64,000 nt of DNA. Source: the human T2T-CHM13v2.0 reference genome, Homo sapiens. The position numbers and the translations under genes are program-made. The notes under the pieces were generated by a model. That model was given only the letters and a program-made list of their open reading frames with translations. It made no database searches and was not told where the DNA came from. Position 1 is the stretch's first letter. Each line of letters begins with the position of its first letter. Shown piece after piece: positions 55,411 to 64,000 of this stretch. The DNA is taken from the NCBI RefSeq assembly GCF_009914755.1, contig NC_060930.1; one strand, written 5' to 3'.

Positions 55411-57249
55411 AGTAGAACTCACACTTTTAATCTCTGCATTGTGACGATCCCTTGTGCTTGGCACAATATTGGTAATAATGCCAATATTTCCCTGGTGTAG
55501 AAGCCTAGGCCAGATGGTTCTCAGGGTCTCAGGGATATGGGGGTTCTTGGGGCCATGGAGCCATGCTTCCCCAGGAGCCTGGATTCCCTACCTATATCGA
55601 TCCCTCTATTTCTTCTCCAACCCTGAATACCTTCCTTGCCTTCTGCCCCTATTCCTAAGTTTATTATCTCCAAGGAGGTCAGATCCTTGTCCTGAAGTAG
55701 GGCCCAGGGCCTTGAAATGTTCTTCTGTGAGCTCAAGATTGGTGAGGGGATAGGGGAGAGCAAGGACTGGGCTCCCCACCCGAGCAGAAGAGTGCATCTT
55801 GAGCCTGAGTGCAGTGGATAATGAAGGGAGATCAAGGGCAGCTCCTTTCCCAGGGCTCCCCACAGAACGCTGCTCTGCTCCCCAGCAGGATTTTCTGCCC
55901 ACGCACCTCCCAGCCACGTTCACCATCCCTCTCCTCCAGAGCCAGCTTCAGAAGAGTTTCCAAAACTTTTGTCAGGTCTCCAGCTCCAGCCTAGTGAGGG
56001 GCCCTCCTTCCAGGCCTGGACCCCACCAGGGAGAGGCCTATCATAGAAGGCGGCACAGGTGGCCGAGAGTTGAGGACATGATGGGGGCAAAGGTGGCTGG
56101 GGCCTTGGCTTCGTCCATCCCCATCTGGCATTTTCAGAAGTTCTTCTTTATATCTCACTGCTATCTTTCCTTGCTGCAGCTGCAGCCCAGGATTAGTTTG
56201 AGGACTTCTGGTCATTTGCAGGAGAGTTTAAGCCAAACCAAACTCTGGCCTGATCTCCCCACATTGCCCCCCACTCACAGGGACCCCATACTCAAGAGAC
56301 AATTTGGGTTCTTGACCCTGGCACCAAATTGCATTCGTTCCCACTCTCAGCCCTCAAATAAGCTTCCTGTGTGTCAGGCACTGTCCCTGTTCCTTCCAGT
56401 CAGATCGTCCAGCCGAGCACGCTGTATTCATGGGTGGGTGCAGGGTCCCTGAGGGAGGGGCTGGAGGCAGCTGCCGGCGTTTGGCCCAGGGCTCACACTG
56501 CCAGGGCTTAAGTTAGCACTTAGCTGCCCAGCTACTCTCCAGATGGTGACTCATGGGCCCTGCTGAGCCTGCTAGCTGCAGAGCGCCCATCCTGAGGCAT
56601 CTGAGCCTGGCAAGGGGCCAGCGGGACACCAGAGGAGCTCCAGCTCAGTTCTCAGACCCCCAAGGGGCACAAGGAGAGGTGGATGAGGTCAACCAACTCA
56701 GGAGATCAGCATGCGGCAGCCACTTCCCAGACCCTTTGTGACCCCAGTGGGCCACCTCGAGACGAGTGCACACCATGTAATCCATCCAGATCTCTGTAGC
56801 AGCCTCCATAGGCAGCTGCTCAGCCAAGTGGCAGGAAAAGCAAGTGCCAAGGAGGCCTTCCAAGGTCATCTCTTCCATTCCCCTGCTTCCAAGGAAGAAA
56901 GGCCCGAGGAAGGAAAGGCCACATCCTTTTTTCACATGCTCCTGTCAGTGACTCACAGTCCTGGTGCCTGGAAAGATCTTCTGAGTGTCTGGTCTCAGTC
57001 TTTCCTGTTGCGGGCCACGTTCGTCTCTAGTTCAGCTCTCACAGCAGTGAGAATGAGTGGCCTAGTGCCTTGGTCCTCAGTGACCTTTGTCAGGCAGCAC
57101 CCTAAGGCACACCAGGGGAGGAGACAGAGAAGGAGGGGAAAGGGAAAATCCAGAATGTTTTAAAAAGTGATTTTCTTCACGTTTACATAGAATTTAATGG
57201 CGTACAAGTCACTTTCACCCCTGCTCCCACTGTCCCTTCCGGGTCGGGG

Positions 57250-57420
57250 TCAGGGCAGGTTATTTAACCTCTCTGGGCCTCAGTTTTCCCATCTCATCTG
57301 TGAGATGTTAATGATGATGGCACCATCCTCACAGGGTTGCCGTGAAGATTCCATGAGATACACGTGTAAAGGGCTTAGCCAAGTGCCGTGCTGGGCACAT
57401 AATAAGCAGTCAGCAACGTC
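57250..57420. mobile_element. MIR
   Basis: gggcaggttatttaacctctctgggcctcagttttcc. Confidence 0.75.
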
Positions 57421-59489
57421 TGCTAATGATGCAGGGAGGGCAGGTGCCCCAAATCCCAGTTAGCCGACCGGGAAAGTGAGGCTTGGTGATTTCAAGGCTA
57501 GTAAATATCAGGGACAAAAACCAAGGTCACCTGACCCAGAAATCTAGGGCTCTGAGCTCACCTGCACCAAGATGCCTCTCTTTGTTGGGCACCCCCTTGG
57601 GAGGAGGAAAGAAAGGACAGTGGTACTTGTTCCATGTCTTTGGATGGCAAAACCCACCTTCTTTGAGCAGCCTCCCCAGCTGCCTCTGGAACACCCAACA
57701 ACAGACTTAGGGGCTGGCTCTGGAGTTGGGTCTATGCCGTTGTCTGCCTCCAACCCCAGGCCCCCACATCCACCCCTGCAGCCTGGCTTTCAGAGAGTCC
57801 TTCTAGGATACAACCGTAGAGTAGGAAGTTAGCCTTTGGGATCTCAGCCTCATCAGCCCCCTCAGCCTCCGGACGTCCCACCTCCACATTCTCTCCCTAA
57901 CCCTTCCCAAGACCTGCCCTGCGGTGGGGCAGGCAGCATAGGATGTGAAAACCCTGGGAGCTATGGAGTATGCAGACCTCAGCTTACATCCCAACCCTGC
58001 CACTTAAGGCCACCAGACTTTCCTGGTCTCCTCATTGGTAAAAATGAGGTTAAAAAACAACAACAACAACAAAGAACAAAAAACACTCCTAAGGGCATAT
58101 CCCCCACTGGCTTAGAGGTCTCTTGGAGCCTTCATTCACATGGTATGCCCATGACTAAAGAGCTAGGTGTTACCCCTCCCAGGCCCATGTGGATAGAGAT
58201 GGGCTGGGATAGGGGAGTAAAGCCCAGGGGCAGGGACAGCCGCCAGTGATGGGGTGAGCGAGAGGTGTTGGGAGCCATGGGATTCCCCAATGTCCTTGGA
58301 TTCACTGTACCTCCCTGGTTGCTTCTCTGCCTGGGGATTTCCTAATCCATGGCTTAAGGGGGGTTCAAGGCTGAGTCCTGCCTCTGCCAGGCATTGAAAA
58401 GAGATCCAACTCCTCCTCCCCTACCCCACAGGTGAGGCTGAGGCTTGGGAGAGGGTCCCCTGAGGACCTAGCCTGTCACAGCCTAGGACAAGTCCCTACA
58501 CAGCACTCCTCTCTGACTGGGCTAGCCCTGTAACCTTCCCTTCCTGCTTCCGGGCTGGCAGAGGGGCCTCTGAGGTGCCAGGGAAGGCATTTCAGCTCAG
58601 GGGGGCTAACACTTAGTGTACCTACCATGTGCCAGGCACTCTGCCACAACTTGGGAGTGAGAGAGGAAATTAGAGAAGAGTCCTGTATGCATGGGGTCAC
58701 AGAGTGGAGGGGGCGGCAGACAGCCCCATCAGAGCACCTGTCCTGCTAATACAGGAACAAGACAAAATAGCAGCTGAGACCTGCCTGTCCATGACTGCAC
58801 AAGCCTGGGGGGTTCAGGGGAGGTGGGGCTGGGAAGAGAATGATGTCATTGCTTTTCTCTGAATCTTTTCCCTGTAGCTGGATTCTTTGGGCCTTCTATA
58901 GAGGCCTGACCCAGGGCAGGGGGTAGAAAGCTGTTCTACTTTGAGAATCCTGAATGTTCCAGCCTAGAAGGAATCATCTCTTACAGCATAGTCTCTTATG
59001 TTTTATGTTTGAGGAAACCGAAACATAAGAGAGGGCAAGTGACTTGCTAGAGTCACACAGCCAGCTCAGTGCAGAGTTAGGAGCGGAAGCCTGCCCTGCT
59101 AACTCCCTGCCTGCCATTCTTCCCACCCCACCCTAGACATAGCTACACACATGCACACACATTAGGACCAGGATGGCACCAAGAGCGCTCTGTGGGCTTC
59201 ACCTCTGGCCACTGTGTGTGCCGTCCAGGCAGGTGTGCCGGGGTGTGTGAGAGGAGACAAAGTGCAGGTCCTCGTGCAAGGTGGGCCACGTTTTGAATCC
59301 TTCCCATGCTGTAGACTGCCCTCCCAGCCAGGCCCACCTTGCAGGAAGTGGTCTCAAAATAGACTGCGTGAGACTATGGGTGGCCTGGTATGCTGCCCCT
59401 CCCCATTACTGGGGGGAACCAGCCAAAGCATGGGTTCTACTGACCAGTGTCACTACAGCCTAATCTTCCTGCTCTAAGGACAGCCCGTC

Positions 59490-60047
<558 letters not shown>

Positions 60048-60424
60048 TGATCTGCATTCCTCTAGGGTAGTGGGGAGAGGTCAAAGGTCAGGCATCTCTT
60101 ATGGTGGCCCTGCCCCCACAATACTCCCCGGTCCTCCCTCCCTGCATGCTGGCCCCACTTCTATCTCCTGAACAGGGAAGGGCAAAGTACTGGAACATTC
60201 TGGCACGTTGTCCCCTGTGACCTGCTCAGGAGATCCACCAAAAGCAGGGAGGGTTCAGAGCTGTGGGAATGAAACTCCTCCATCCCTTGCTCCCTCCCTC
60301 CGCACCCAGACCCTGCTCAGGGCCCCTCCAGGCTGACTGGGGAAAGCCAGACCATGTTTTAGGGAAACTCCCTTCTCCTGCCCCCAGGAGCCCAGATGGG
60401 ACAGGGCTGGGGTTGTGGGGATAG

Positions 60425-60655
<231 letters not shown>

Positions 60656-61570
60656 TAGAAAAGGCTGAGGAAGGGGACCAAGGATCAGTGTGGGGGAAAT
60701 GGGGATGGTGGTTCTTACGTGTCTCCATCTCCCCTCATCCCCATTCATTCTTTCTCTCCTTGCCTCGTGTTGTTGTCTCTGTGCACATGGGTGTAGACAG
60801 GTGTGTACGTGTCACCCCCGTGTGTGGTGTCTGCCGGGCCACGCTCATGTGCCTTGTGGTCGCACCATCTTCCTGCCCCCTTGTCTCTTTGTGACCCAGC
60901 ACCTCAGCCCTCCCCTCCTTGTCCTGCGAATCTCTGAGTCCCTCAGCAAACCACCTCCCCTTACCTCAGCCTGCCCCCAGCTTCTTCCCCTTCTTCTTAT
61001 GACTTGCCCAGCCACCCCTCGGTCTCCTCTCAGAGCTCCCCAGCCTACATCCCCTACCCCATCGGAGCTTCTATACCAGGCCCTGGAGGCCCTTCTCCCC
61101 TGGGTCCCAGACCTGTGCATCTCTCCTGCTGCCCAACCGCAGCCCCAAGCTCTAAGTTTCCTCTTCCCAGAAGGCTGCCCTGACACCCAGGAATTCTCCA
61201 GCACCCCCAGTCTCCCCCTCAGCAGTCTTGTAATTGCTGTGTTATCAGCAGGTAAATCTCTAGGCTAAGTTTATCCTGTGTCTCTCTATTGAATAGCCAG
61301 CCCCCACCCTACCCCATGCTTCCCACCCCCAGCAGGCAGGCAGAGACATCTCTGCCTCTCAACCCACCCAGGACATGCTTGGCTCATGGGGCTCAAGAGA
61401 GACTTGCTGACAGCCTGACTTGTCAGTGCCTGTGTGAAGAACTGAATGGGTGGGGGTAGGTAGAGTGGGTGAGCCAGCGAGTACAGGGCGCCTGGGCAGT
61501 GGTGATGTGACTGTTCTCCGAGCCTGGGTCCCAGTGAGTCCCGTCAGACTCCTTGATTCTCTGTATCTAA

Positions 61571-62931
<1,361 letters not shown>

Positions 62932-63674
62932 TAGGTGTCACCCCCAGCCCCTCCCCCAGCAGCCTTTCCCCACAGGGCCTCTCCCCCAACCCTGCCCACT
63001 AGCTTGCCCCTTCTGGGAGCCCTCCTCACTAGCTGTACTACTGTCCTCACTCCAGAGGGTTCTAGTTCTTTCTCTGCCCCCCACGGACTCCCTGATCACC
63101 CACTCCCTACCCTGTCTATATTTCTGGGCCTGCATTCCCCTGACTCCATCCCCAGCACAGGGTGCGGGTAGGAGAAGGAGAGGACAAACATAAGCATTAC
63201 TCCTCCCCCCACCCTCCCCTGCTCCCCTCCAGCCTCAGCCCCGGGGAGTGATGGCGAGTGACAGGCTGAGGGCCGCAGACAGGCAGGGCGGGAGGTGGAC
63301 GGGCGGCTGGCAGCAGGCGGCCAGCTGCCACAGCCGTGCCGGGCTCTGTCACTGACTGATTAACTCCGCTGTCTCCCAGACCCTTGCAGAATCAGGGTCA
63401 AACAAATTGTTTTCACGCTTCGTCAGAGGTTTACTTAATTAGTTCATTTGCAATTAGATCTCTCTGTAGCTGGGATTTTAGCAAAGACATCAAAGGAGGC
63501 TGACGAGAAGGGAGAAGCCTTCCTCCATTGCCCCGTTTTTCCACCTCTTTCTCTTCTTTGTATCTCTTGGTCTGTCTGCTTTTCAGGCCATGGGTGGGAT
63601 TAGAGGATAGGATGGGAGGATGGTGGCAGCAGGGAAACCGGAGCCAACTTTCTCTCCTCCTCTCTTCCCCTTGA

Positions 63675-63827
<153 letters not shown>

Positions 63828-64000
63828 TGACTTGCTAGGTGGGCTCTGTTGGGAGGGTCTCATGGAAGGGTCCTATGGTCAAAGCCACCATCTTATGCTT
63901 TCTAGGTCCTAATGACCATGGTTGTGAGGTGAGGACAGCTGGATTCTGAGGGGTAAACCAAGGTTGGGGGCGTCTCTGCTGGGAGGTCCAGAAGAGACTC

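Overview
Primate DNA, almost certainly human: Alu-rich, and the spliced exons match human FOXP4 as I recall it. The window covers about 21 kb upstream of FOXP4, its CpG-island promoter, a non-coding exon 1 (about 21416-21902) and eight coding exons (exons 2-9, codons 1-355). These encode the Gln-rich N-terminus, the C2H2 zinc finger and the start of the leucine zipper; the forkhead domain lies beyond the right edge. The known antisense lncRNA FOXP4-AS1 should overlap the promoter and run leftwards, but its exons cannot be fixed from sequence alone. Almost all other ORF-track entries are spurious (Alu-derived or GC-rich open frames). The most unusual observation is that the only two AUGs in exon 1 both open five-codon uORFs encoding nearly the same peptide (MPRRG* and MPRAG*), and a candidate AUG-free alternative first exon just downstream would bypass them. 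Other leads: a recursive-splice-like AG|GT at the start-codon exon, an inverted-Alu layout favouring an AUG-containing circRNA, a possible internal promoter in intron 5, and several dense intronic transcription-factor motif clusters. Repeat family calls come from remembered consensus sequences, not RepeatMasker, and all regulatory calls are motif-level inferences.
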